Assembly (NCBI GenBank): GCA_964392415.1
Contig: CAYMPL010000001.1
Location: 6,200 to 70,199, forward strand
Length of the DNA: 64,000 bases
Reading direction: 5' to 3'
From: an uncultured bacterium
GTDB lineage: Bacteria > Bdellovibrionota > JACOXK01 > 2-02-FULL-40-11
The position numbers were made by a program, and so were the translations under genes. The notes under the pieces are model-generated. The model worked only from the letters and a program-made list of their open reading frames with translations. It was not told the DNA's origin and ran no database searches. Below are positions 18,582 to 27,342 of this stretch, piece by piece. The stretch's first letter is position 1, and every line of letters starts with the position of its first letter.

Positions 18582-19501
18582 TGTTTTTCGATTTCCTTGC
18601 CGAGTTTTTTAAGAGCGGAGAGATCAGGCGCTTCCTTTAAAATCCAGGGGATCTTAAAGCTTTTTTTTGACAACTCTTTCTCAAGGCGGTCTTCATACGA
18701 TTGCTGGATCTTTTGTCTTGTTTGATAATGAAGGAGGGTCTGTTCTATCTTTTTAAGGAGTGAGCCCATGTCATTCTGAGAGCCCCAAAGTCCAATAGTT
18801 CGAAGAATCCCATTATTTTCAAAAGCCTCCAGTTTTTTATTTAAAAACAGTTCTCCCATCGGAAGTCTTAGTTTTTTGATTTCATTAAAAAGCTCGAGGG
18901 TTTCCTGAACAGGGAGTTCTTCAGGAATAGTAACCAGATGAATCGCTGTCTCTTTTTTTTCGGTGAGCATCGAATAGATTTTTTGGGATTGCTCCGCCAG
19001 GGGGCCTTTTTGAGTCAAATCGATAAAGACCTTTGGAATTTTAAAAAGATAAAGAGCGTGGCCTGTTGCGGGGGCGTCAACAATCAAAATATCCCAGCGG
19101 GGTTTCTTTCCGGAACGCTCATCGCTCAGGTAATACATTTTTCCGATCAACGCCATTTCTTCCACCCCTGGGGCCGCTTTCACAAAAAAATGGAAAATCT
19201 TATTTTCAAAGATGAGATCATATATTTTTTCGATCTTTATCTGACGGATAATAAATTCTCTAAGAGAGGACAAAGGATCGATCAAAACCCCATCAATGTT
19301 TGGGGCAAGCGGTTTGGGGGTCATCGTCCCTTTTTCAGTGTTAAAAAGGCACGATACTGGGCTTTCAGGATCGAGATCGATCAGAAGTACTTTTTTCCCC
19401 CGGCTTGCTGCGATGAGAGCGAAAAGAGACGCAATCGTGGTTTTCCCGACCCCCCCCTTTCCGGTGAAAAAATGAAGTCTCTGCTGAAATAGCGATGTCA
19501 T
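18572..19501 (-). CDS. ArsA/GET3-family P-loop ATPase (first of a tandem pair)
   Basis: TGKGGVGKTT, DAPATGHAL; 10-nt overlap with the downstream paralog. Confidence 0.8.
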   Translation of the reverse strand: MTSLFQQRLHFFTGKGGVGKTTIASLFALIAASRGKKVLLIDLDPESPVSCLFNTEKGTMTPKPLAPNIDGVLIDPLSSLREFIIRQIKIEKIYDLIFENKIFHFFVKAAPGVEEMALIGKMYYLSDERSGKKPRWDILIVDAPATGHALYLFKIPKVFIDLTQKGPLAEQSQKIYSMLTEKKETAIHLVTIPEELPVQETLELFNEIKKLRLPMGELFLNKKLEAFENNGILRTIGLWGSQNDMGSLLKKIEQTLLHYQTRQKIQQSYEDRLEKELSKKSFKIPWILKEAPDLSALKKLGKEIEKQWA

Positions 19502-20334
19502 GAAGCGTCGGATCTCAAAGTGAGGCGTGCTATGAGTGATCTTGATGTCCTGGGCTTTTGTCCATGTTCGATGAGTATGGGATATCTTCGCCCGTCATCC
19601 AGGATCGTTGCGATTTTGTAGAAGACCTCTTTTGAAAAAAGGAGCCCGGCATGCCCGGCAAAGGGTACCTCGATGTTTTGAATATGGGAATCTGTTTTGC
19701 TGTCGTCTTTGATTTGAGCGTATCTTGAGGGCCAGACCATCATGTCAAAGGGGGACCAGAAGGAGATAAAAGAGACCGATTTGGGGAGGGGTTTGGAATT
19801 TAGTTTTTTAATCACCCCTGATGTTGGCCGGAGCTCTTTGATACTTTTTCCAATACCCATCTTCGAAATGAACGTTCCCTGATGGGGGGTTCCAAGGGTA
19901 ATGCAATGTTTGACCTTTTGATGCCCCGTTAACATCTGAATGGTGTAGCGTGCGATGATTCCACCGAGGCTATGGGCAATGATGTCGACTTTATCCGCCT
20001 TTGTCTGCTCAAGAATCGCGTCGATCTTTTTTTCCGTTAAAATAGCCAGATCTTCAATTCCTTGGCTGTAAGTGGAGAGATTTATTGTATAAATTTTATC
20101 CCATCCATGACGCAGGAGCTCGCGTTTTATTTTAAAAAAGGCTGAATGGTTATGAAAAATTCCGTGAATGAGGAGAATAGGTCTTTTATGGTTTTGATAG
20201 GACAAGAGAGAGGGATCGTTCTCTTTTTTAAGTCCAAAGGGGTAGAGATTGCAGACCATGAGCATCGAGAAGAATTCAAACGCCATTCCCCCCATCCCAT
20301 TAACGAGCCGAACAATGCTCAGTTTTTTGTTCAT
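19498..20334 (-). CDS. Alpha/beta-hydrolase, lipase/esterase-like
   Basis: AHSLGG nucleophile elbow, Asp/His downstream; translationally coupled (4-nt overlap) to the ArsA pair. Confidence 0.7.
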   Translation of the reverse strand: MNKKLSIVRLVNGMGGMAFEFFSMLMVCNLYPFGLKKENDPSLLSYQNHKRPILLIHGIFHNHSAFFKIKRELLRHGWDKIYTINLSTYSQGIEDLAILTEKKIDAILEQTKADKVDIIAHSLGGIIARYTIQMLTGHQKVKHCITLGTPHQGTFISKMGIGKSIKELRPTSGVIKKLNSKPLPKSVSFISFWSPFDMMVWPSRYAQIKDDSKTDSHIQNIEVPFAGHAGLLFSKEVFYKIATILDDGRRYPILIEHGQKPRTSRSLIARLTLRSDAS

Positions 20335-20336
20335 AT

Positions 20337-20388
20337 GTCACCCTGAAGCCCACTATGTCATCCTGAAGCCCGCAGGGCTGAAGGATCT
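20337..20388. repeat. Dispersed repeat copy (partial head + full unit) abutting the hydrolase gene start, in the divergent intergenic region
   Basis: GTCACCCTGAAGCCCACTAT GTCATCCTGAAGCCCGCAGGGCTGAAGGATCT. Confidence 0.8.
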
Positions 20389-20462
20389 AATTATCAATAA
20401 TCTAGCTGCTTGGGTCAATAAAATATTGCATCCGTGGGAAGCAGTTTGCTACTATTATAAGC

Positions 20463-21395
20463 ATGAGGGATATCAAACTCCTTTCAGGAAGCAGTCATCC
20501 CGCCCTTGCCAAAGAAATTGCGCAGAAAATGAAGCTGAAGCTGACGCCGGTCTCCCTGATGCGTTTCCCGAATGACAATCTTTTTTGCAGGATCGAAGAA
20601 TCGATACGTGAAGATGATGTCTTCATCATTCAATCATCCGCCCCCCCTGTAAATGATTCGCTTGTCGAGCTTTTAATTATGATCGATGCGGCCAAATATG
20701 CGTCAGCTGGACGGATTACAGCGGTTCTCCCCTATTTCCCTTACTCACGTTCGGATAAAAAAGACCAGCCGCGGGTTCCGGTGACAGCCCGTCTTGTGGC
20801 CGATATGCTTTTGACCGCGGGGGCCAACCGTGTGATGACGCTCGATCTCCATGCGTTGCAGATTTTGAGCTTTTTTCATATGCCTGCGGACCAGCTCTTA
20901 AGCATTCCTGTGCTTGTCGATTATCTGAAAAAGAAGGATCTCAGCGACGCTGTCATTGTAGCCCCCGATGTCGGCGGCGTTCAACGTGCCCGCTTTTATG
21001 CAAAGAAACTCCATCTCCCGCTTGCGATCATGGATAAAAAGCGGGATGTCCGAAATCAAAAGGTTTCCATGGGAGTTATTATCGGCCATGTCAAAGGGAA
21101 AAAGGCTTTCATTGTTGATGACGAAATTGTGACGGCGGTGACACTTCTCGAAACAGTCGCAGCTTTAAAAAGGCATGGGGCAAAAGAGATTTATGCGGTA
21201 GCGGTACATCCGATTTTTTCTGAGGGAGCTGAAAAAAGAATTAACTCATCGGTTCTTAAAGAGGTTATTGTAACGAACACCTTCCCTTTTAAACCTCGGA
21301 TTAAAAAGATCAAGGTTTTATCGATTGCCTCTATCCTTGCGCAGGGGATCGAATGTGTTCATAAAGGAAAATCTGTAAGCAGGCTTTTTATCTAA
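20463..21395 (+). CDS. prs: Ribose-phosphate pyrophosphokinase (PRPP synthetase)
   Basis: Typical Prs N-terminus (IKLLSGSSHPALAKEIA) and PRPP-binding loop DDEIVTAVTLLE. Confidence 0.9.
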   Translation: MRDIKLLSGSSHPALAKEIAQKMKLKLTPVSLMRFPNDNLFCRIEESIREDDVFIIQSSAPPVNDSLVELLIMIDAAKYASAGRITAVLPYFPYSRSDKKDQPRVPVTARLVADMLLTAGANRVMTLDLHALQILSFFHMPADQLLSIPVLVDYLKKKDLSDAVIVAPDVGGVQRARFYAKKLHLPLAIMDKKRDVRNQKVSMGVIIGHVKGKKAFIVDDEIVTAVTLLETVAALKRHGAKEIYAVAVHPIFSEGAEKRINSSVLKEVIVTNTFPFKPRIKKIKVLSIASILAQGIECVHKGKSVSRLFI

Positions 21396-21485
21396 TCCCT
21401 GCGTAGTTACATTAAGTTTAATTTTTCGTCCGCATATCCGATAAGCCAATTGAAAAGGCGGATAGTCGCTTTTTAAGGTGGTTTT

Positions 21486-22823
21486 ATGATGAAACGGTAC
21501 GTTTGCGGACTCTTCATCCCTTTATTTTTTTGTTCCCCTCCACTCTTTTCTCAGATGGTTGAGGGTACCGATGTTTCAATTTCTGAGATGCTTTCGGCTC
21601 CCTATGTGGAGGGTGAGCTTCTCATTCGATATCTGAGTGATTTTAAAGCAGACGATCGTGAGATGGTTCACTCCATGACGGGGGTGATGACTCTGGAGAC
21701 CGATTTTATAGTCCCCAATTTGGAATTGATACGCTTGCCTTATGGCGCTCAAATGGCGCAGGCGATCGATTATTTTCAAAAATTGCCGGGGGTTCTTTAC
21801 GTGACGCCCAATTATATTGTTGAAATACAGGCAGGGATTTTTTGGAAACGCCCCCCTTCGCCGAAGCCCGACCCCCAGTTTGGCGCTCCTTATTTTTATC
21901 TCAGCTATGGGGTGGATAAAGTTCAGGCGCCGAAAGTTTGGGAAAAATTTACGGTCGGAAGTTTAGATGTTGTTGTGGGTGTTATTGATACCGGGATAGA
22001 TTACAGACACGAAGATTTGGCTGGGAATGTGTGGAAAAATCCAAAGGAAATTCCAAACAATGGATTGGATGATGATCAGAATGGCTATATTGATGATATC
22101 CATGGGTGGAATTTTTATAACAATACGAATGATCCCTTTGATGATAATCAGCATGGGACGCATATTTCAGGCATCATTGGCGCTATGGCGGGAAACCGCA
22201 TTGGAACGATCGGCATGAGTCCCAAAGTATCTTTGATGGCCTGCAAATTTTTGGGGAGTGATGGCCGCGGCACAACCTCCACTGCTATTCGTGCGATCGA
22301 ATATGCGCTCAAGAACGGAGCAAAAATCTTAAATAATAGCTGGGGGGGACCCAGATTTTCTCAGCCGCTTCTCGATACGATCAAATCGGCTGAACGAATG
22401 GGGGTTCTTTTTGTCGCAGCTGCCGGCAATTACGATCGGGATAGTGATGAAGAGCCCCTTTATCCTGCAAGCTATGATGCCGGAAATATTATTTCTGTCG
22501 CCTCGTCAGATTCGAGAGACCACAAGTCAGAGTTTTCAAACTACGGAAGAATATCGGTAGATCTTGCCGCCCCGGGATCCGCAATTTACAGCACGCTGCC
22601 AAACGGCAGTTATGGGAATCTCGATGGAACATCCATGGCGACTCCCCATGTATCGGGCGCTGCCGCCCTTATCTGGGCATACCGTCAGGATTTAAGTCTT
22701 TATGATTTGAAAGATCTGATTTTAAAGAGTGTCGATCCGATCGATTCGATGAAAGAGTTTACCGTTACGGGTGGACGGCTCAATGTGTATAATGCGCTGG
22801 CGCTTGCATTATTAATGTTCTGA
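21486..22823 (+). CDS. Secreted subtilisin-like serine peptidase (S8 family)
   Basis: Catalytic triad blocks VIDTGID, HGTHISGIIGA and GTSMATPHVSGAAAL. Confidence 0.9.
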   Translation: MMKRYVCGLFIPLFFCSPPLFSQMVEGTDVSISEMLSAPYVEGELLIRYLSDFKADDREMVHSMTGVMTLETDFIVPNLELIRLPYGAQMAQAIDYFQKLPGVLYVTPNYIVEIQAGIFWKRPPSPKPDPQFGAPYFYLSYGVDKVQAPKVWEKFTVGSLDVVVGVIDTGIDYRHEDLAGNVWKNPKEIPNNGLDDDQNGYIDDIHGWNFYNNTNDPFDDNQHGTHISGIIGAMAGNRIGTIGMSPKVSLMACKFLGSDGRGTTSTAIRAIEYALKNGAKILNNSWGGPRFSQPLLDTIKSAERMGVLFVAAAGNYDRDSDEEPLYPASYDAGNIISVASSDSRDHKSEFSNYGRISVDLAAPGSAIYSTLPNGSYGNLDGTSMATPHVSGAAALIWAYRQDLSLYDLKDLILKSVDPIDSMKEFTVTGGRLNVYNALALALLMF

Positions 22824-22899
22824 TTTTCCGATGACACTTTCAAATCGCTTCTGTTCAAGCAATCTGGAAAACCTGCCGATACAGAATTGAAGAAAGAAA

Positions 22900-22999
22900 T
22901 GGCGGAAGTGTATGGGAATCGAACCCACCACAGACATAGAGACTATGTCTGTCACTGGATTTGAAGTCCAGGAAGTACACCAGAAACTTAAACACTTCC
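22900..22999 (-). tRNA. selC: tRNA-Sec (selenocysteine tRNA, anticodon UCA), 100 nt including encoded CCA
   Basis: Reverse complement reads GGAAGTGT (8-bp acceptor stem pairing with ACACTTCC), anticodon stem-loop CTGGA-CTTCAAA-TCCAG (UCA), long variable arm TGACAGACATAGTCTCTATGTCTG, T arm GGGTTCGATTCCC, discriminator G, CCA. Confidence 0.85.
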
Positions 23000-23025
23000 A
23001 CCGCACTCTTTAAGGGATCTCAAAA

Positions 23026-24882
23026 TTGTTGTCAAATCGATGCATACAATTCATTCGGAGACATAAGGCCAAATTCGGGTTTCTTCTCACCCTGTTTTTT
23101 GTCTACGGCGCGCTCGTCCATTACGAACTGGTTTTGAAAATAGGACCTCCTTCGTTTGCCACCCAAAAACCGTTGCCTGCCCTGAATGACGAGGGGACTT
23201 TGATTGTGAAGCCCCGCGCGAAATTCGGTCCGCCAAAAGAAGATGTCAATGATGCGAAGGCGCTCTATCATTTCTCTCTGGGAACGATTGCAAGTTATGA
23301 AAATCAGTATCATGAAGCTATTTCACAGTTTAAAAAGGCGCTCGAGTATGATCCCAAATCCGCCTATATTCATCTGCGCGTCGCCGAGGAATATTTAAAG
23401 CTTTCTGAATTTGAATCGGCAAAATCTCATGTGAATACCGCGCTCAAGCTCGACCCTAAATTTGCGGATGCGCATCTCCTGAAGGGGGGATTGGATGCCG
23501 CTGAAAAAAAATATGAAGAAGCAGCCGCCCATTATCAGAAAGTTATTGAGCTCGACCCATCGCGGGAACAGGCTTATATCTTTCTTGCTACCATTTATGC
23601 CGAACAGGGGAAATACATGGAAGGGATTAAACTTCTCAATAAACTTCTCCATATTGAACCTCAGTCTTATTGGGCTTATTACTATTTGGGACGAATTTAT
23701 ATTGAGCAGGGGAAACCGAATGAAGCCGTTCGCGCTTACAAACAATCGCTCAAAATAAATCCTTCCTTTCATCTGGCGGCCCTTGCCCTGGGCATTCATT
23801 ATGAACTGAGGGATCAGGTGGAGAGGGCCATCCATGTCTATTTGGAGGCGATTGACCGCGGCGATACGAGCCCAAGGCTGCTTAAGCGGACCGTCCAGCT
23901 CCTATTGGCAAAACAGGATTATGTGCGGGTTCTCAAGCTTCTCGAAGAACTTAAATCCCAGGATCCGGGGGATTTAAACAATCGTGTCCGGATCGGCCTT
24001 ATTTATTATGAAATGAAAGATTATGAGCGGGCGCAGCATGAATTTAAAGATCTCATTAAAGAGTATCCGGAATCAGACAGGCTTCAATATTATCTTTCGT
24101 CTGTATACGAAAAATTGGGCAAATATGACGAAGCTATTCAGATTTTTGGAAAAATAAAATATGGGTCCGAATTTTATATTGATGCGCTCAATCGACATGC
24201 GTTTCTTCTCGTCGAAAGAAATCAGTTCGAAAAAGCAATTTCTCTTGTTGAAAAAGCGATTGAACAAAAACCGGGGAGCGGCCAGCTTTATGAAGTGCTC
24301 GCCTCCATTTATGAAAAGAAAGAAAAATTTGATGAAGCTCTTAACGTTTTGAATAAAGCAAAAGAAAAATTTCCCCCGCTGAAAAAAGATGAACGCCTCA
24401 TCTACTATACAGGGACGATTTACGACAAGATGGGCAATTTCGAAAAATCGATTGCAGTGATGCAGGAGATTTTAAAGCTCAACCCAAACCATGCGGATGC
24501 CTTGAATTTTGTCGGCTACAGCTATTCGATTAAAGGGATACGTCTCGATGAGGCGGAGGCGATGATTAAGAAAGCGCTCTCTTTAAAACCAGGCGAAGGG
24601 TATATCGAAGATAGTCTGGGGTGGATCTATTTCATCAAAGGGGATTATAAACGGGCAAAAAAATATCTTGAAAAAGCAGTTATTCTAAAAGCGGATGAGC
24701 CTGTCATTTTGGACCATCTTGCCGACCTTTATATAAAATTGGATGATATTAAAAAAGCGCAAAGCCTCTACCAAAAAGCTTTGGAACTCAAACCTGACAA
24801 AAAAACAACCGAGCAGATCCAAAGAAAACTGAACGTCATCAACGAAAAAGAAAAAAGCAAACGCCTTCCTGCCGCCCATTAA
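23026..24882 (+). CDS. Tetratricopeptide-repeat protein
   Basis: More than 12 TPR units (AxxYxxxGxxY...A pattern) along the whole protein. Confidence 0.8.
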   Translation: MLSNRCIQFIRRHKAKFGFLLTLFFVYGALVHYELVLKIGPPSFATQKPLPALNDEGTLIVKPRAKFGPPKEDVNDAKALYHFSLGTIASYENQYHEAISQFKKALEYDPKSAYIHLRVAEEYLKLSEFESAKSHVNTALKLDPKFADAHLLKGGLDAAEKKYEEAAAHYQKVIELDPSREQAYIFLATIYAEQGKYMEGIKLLNKLLHIEPQSYWAYYYLGRIYIEQGKPNEAVRAYKQSLKINPSFHLAALALGIHYELRDQVERAIHVYLEAIDRGDTSPRLLKRTVQLLLAKQDYVRVLKLLEELKSQDPGDLNNRVRIGLIYYEMKDYERAQHEFKDLIKEYPESDRLQYYLSSVYEKLGKYDEAIQIFGKIKYGSEFYIDALNRHAFLLVERNQFEKAISLVEKAIEQKPGSGQLYEVLASIYEKKEKFDEALNVLNKAKEKFPPLKKDERLIYYTGTIYDKMGNFEKSIAVMQEILKLNPNHADALNFVGYSYSIKGIRLDEAEAMIKKALSLKPGEGYIEDSLGWIYFIKGDYKRAKKYLEKAVILKADEPVILDHLADLYIKLDDIKKAQSLYQKALELKPDKKTTEQIQRKLNVINEKEKSKRLPAAH

Positions 24883-24885
24883 TGA

Positions 24886-26067
24886 TCATTTCTTCTTCAA
24901 AAAGGCTTCAATATTTTCTTGGGTGACGATCACAGGTGGAAGCGCCTTGGGAAAGACTTCTTTAAATTCTTCATATGCCTGAAAATGCCTTTGTTGTGGA
25001 GCATTCCAGCTTACTTGATAAGGGACAATCTGGTTATCTTTTAAGACAATGAAATCGATTTCTCCTTTTCCGCGCCAGTAATAAACGTGTCGATATTCTT
25101 TTCTGAGATGATGAAAAACGACTGTCTCCAATTCTTTTCCTTTGTCTTTCCCCGTTTTGGTGATAATCGCCTTTCTCAATCCCAAATCGATGGGGTAATA
25201 TTTTTTATTTCTAGCAGCGCTTTGCTTTTCAGAAAATGTAAAATAGGGACATGGCAGGAGAAGATAAGCGGCAATCGCAGCATCGAGATATGATTTCACC
25301 GTATCAGGTGTAACATCGATAATTTTAGCTAAACTTCTTTGGCTGACCTCCGACCCTGTTGCCTCAAAAACAGCTTTGATAAGCTGAGTGAGCGTCAAAG
25401 TTGATCTGACCGATATGTGCCGTCTGACATCTTTTTCAATAATATCGGTAAAATATTCCCTCAATAGTTCTTGCGGTTTTTCAAACACTAAGGGCCTGGG
25501 AAAACCGCCTTCATCGAGATAAGATTCAAAAGAAGTTTCTCCTTTAAGCGACTTAAATTCGTGATAGTCAAATGGGAACAATTCAAGCGTGATATGGCGC
25601 CCTGTGAGCGCTGTTGATAATTCACCCGAAAGAAGCGAAGCGTTAGAGCCAGTGATCACATAGATTTCATTGGATGGGCGTTCCACCTTTCTGTGAAGCC
25701 ATTTTTCCCACCCTTTCACATTTTGAATTTCGTCCAGAAAAAAATAATAGACATCATGTTCTGATATTTTTTTGGATAGAGAAACGATTTGATCGACCAG
25801 GTCGGGATTGAGATCCGCACTCAGTCTCGGATCTTCAAAATTTACAAAGGTACAGGAAGGCCGGGGAAGTTTTTTGTGGGCCATGATTTGAGCCAAAAGA
25901 GTCGACTTTCCGCATCTTCGAACCCCTTGAATAACGAGGACAATGTCGGGATTGAGCGGAATGTCGCCTGACAAAATTTTACGTGGAATGGATGGAGGTG
26001 GCTCTTTGTCCCAATAACTCCACTCTCTAATGATCTGTTTGAGTTTAGAATTATCAAGCATAATCAA
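24886..26067 (-). CDS. AAA+ ATPase of the AAA_14/DUF4143 family
   Basis: VIQGVRRCGKSTLL Walker A, DEIQ Walker B, C-terminal DUF4143-like region. Confidence 0.8.
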   Translation of the reverse strand: MIMLDNSKLKQIIREWSYWDKEPPPSIPRKILSGDIPLNPDIVLVIQGVRRCGKSTLLAQIMAHKKLPRPSCTFVNFEDPRLSADLNPDLVDQIVSLSKKISEHDVYYFFLDEIQNVKGWEKWLHRKVERPSNEIYVITGSNASLLSGELSTALTGRHITLELFPFDYHEFKSLKGETSFESYLDEGGFPRPLVFEKPQELLREYFTDIIEKDVRRHISVRSTLTLTQLIKAVFEATGSEVSQRSLAKIIDVTPDTVKSYLDAAIAAYLLLPCPYFTFSEKQSAARNKKYYPIDLGLRKAIITKTGKDKGKELETVVFHHLRKEYRHVYYWRGKGEIDFIVLKDNQIVPYQVSWNAPQQRHFQAYEEFKEVFPKALPPVIVTQENIEAFLKKK

Positions 26068-26197
26068 GATGTTACCAGATTACATATAAAGTGTCGAGTT
26101 TTATCGACACTTTTAAAGCCCTGCACAGAGGGGGTACCCTTGACAATTTTCGTCATTTCAAAGTAAAGAACCAAAGCAATTAACATGGACAGAAGGA

Positions 26198-27253
26198 ATG
26201 TTAAGCAATATGAAATATAAACCTTTGATTTTTTTGACACTATTTTTATCTCTGAGCATGAATGAGACTTGGGCGGATGACCGCTATTTGAGTCCAGACA
26301 AGAAGATGGAGCTGATTCATGGGGGGATAGTTTATCTCGCAAAAAACCAAAAAATGGATGGAAGGTGGGAGCATCCGCAATATCCTACGGCTGTGACAGC
26401 ACTCTCTGCACTATCGATTTTGGGGATGGGGCACACACCGCACCGCGGGCCTTATCAAGAGACACTGACAAAGGCCGTAGATCTTTTACTTTCCGCTCAA
26501 AGAGAAAAGGATGGTTTGATTGCGATTCCGGGAGAGCAACGGTCGATGTATGGACATGGGTTTTCAACCCTCTTTTTAAGCCAGGTCTTTGGAATGAGTG
26601 GGGGGATGACGCCAAATTCTCGAATTAAAAATGCGCTCCAAAATGCTGTCGATCTTATTGTAAAGAGTCAGAATGATAAAGGGGGCTGGTATTACGAGCC
26701 CTTTTCATTCGACGATGAAGGGACGATCACGATTGTTCAAATTCAGGCGCTTCGGGGGTGCAGAGATGTGGGCATAGTTGTTCCCAAAGAGACGATTGAA
26801 AAGGCTTTGGATTATGTCAAAAAATCTCAATATGAGAACGGCGGAATCGCTTATGGCGTGGGACCGTCAGGAAATGCTACGCCGGCGTTGACCTCAGCAG
26901 GGATGGCGGTTTTATTTAATGCGGGGGAATATGATGTTACGGAGGTTCATGCCAAAGGTTTCCGGTATTTAGATGAGCAATTTAAAGAATTCTTAACAGG
27001 GTCAGAAAAAAAAGAGGTGGGAGGTGGTCACTTTCTTTACACTCATTTTTACGCGTCACAAGTTTATAAATTGCGCGGGGGATTTTATAGGGAAGATTAT
27101 TTTCGGGTTATTGAGAAGGTCTTAGAAGAACAAATGAAAGGCACAGGTGGAGAGAGATTTTGGGATATTGAAGAAGGCCCCTTTTATTCAACCGCAATGG
27201 CGCTTTTAATTTTGGAGATGGAACTTGAATACCTTCCGATATTTACGGATTAA
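26198..27253 (+). CDS. Secreted prenyltransferase/squalene-oxidase-repeat (PFTB, terpenoid-cyclase fold) protein
   Basis: Signal peptide; four QxxxGGW-type repeats (QKMDGRWEH, QREKDGL, QNDKGGWYY, QYENGGIAY). Confidence 0.7.
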   Translation: MLSNMKYKPLIFLTLFLSLSMNETWADDRYLSPDKKMELIHGGIVYLAKNQKMDGRWEHPQYPTAVTALSALSILGMGHTPHRGPYQETLTKAVDLLLSAQREKDGLIAIPGEQRSMYGHGFSTLFLSQVFGMSGGMTPNSRIKNALQNAVDLIVKSQNDKGGWYYEPFSFDDEGTITIVQIQALRGCRDVGIVVPKETIEKALDYVKKSQYENGGIAYGVGPSGNATPALTSAGMAVLFNAGEYDVTEVHAKGFRYLDEQFKEFLTGSEKKEVGGGHFLYTHFYASQVYKLRGGFYREDYFRVIEKVLEEQMKGTGGERFWDIEEGPFYSTAMALLILEMELEYLPIFTD

Positions 27254-27255
27254 CC

Positions 27256-27342
27256 GTCATTCCGAGGGACAAAGTCCCGAGGAATCTCTGTCATTGCGAG
27301 CGGGGCGTGTGTCATTCCGAGCACGGAGTGCGAGGAATCTCA
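27256..27342. repeat. Three tandem repeat-family units between the PFTB protein gene and the FGE-domain gene
   Basis: GTCATTCCGAGGGACAAAGTCCCGAGGAATCTC / TGTCATTGCGAGCGGGGCGTGT / GTCATTCCGAGCACGGAGTGCGAGGAATCTCA. Confidence 0.85.

Noticed and set aside
18769-18792. Possible degenerate copy of the repeat head (GTCATTCTGAGAGCCCCAAAGTCC) inside the ArsA-like gene
   Set aside because: Only the 11-nt head matches and there is no tail motif, so it may be a chance occurrence.
22812-23006. 64-aa minus-strand ORF from the six-frame track
   Set aside because: It exactly overlies the tRNA-Sec gene; the tRNA explains the region.
27225-27308. ORF-track start of the FGE-domain protein at 27225
   Set aside because: It would overlap the upstream gene and translate through the repeat units. 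The GTG at 27309, directly preceding the signal peptide, is more plausible.
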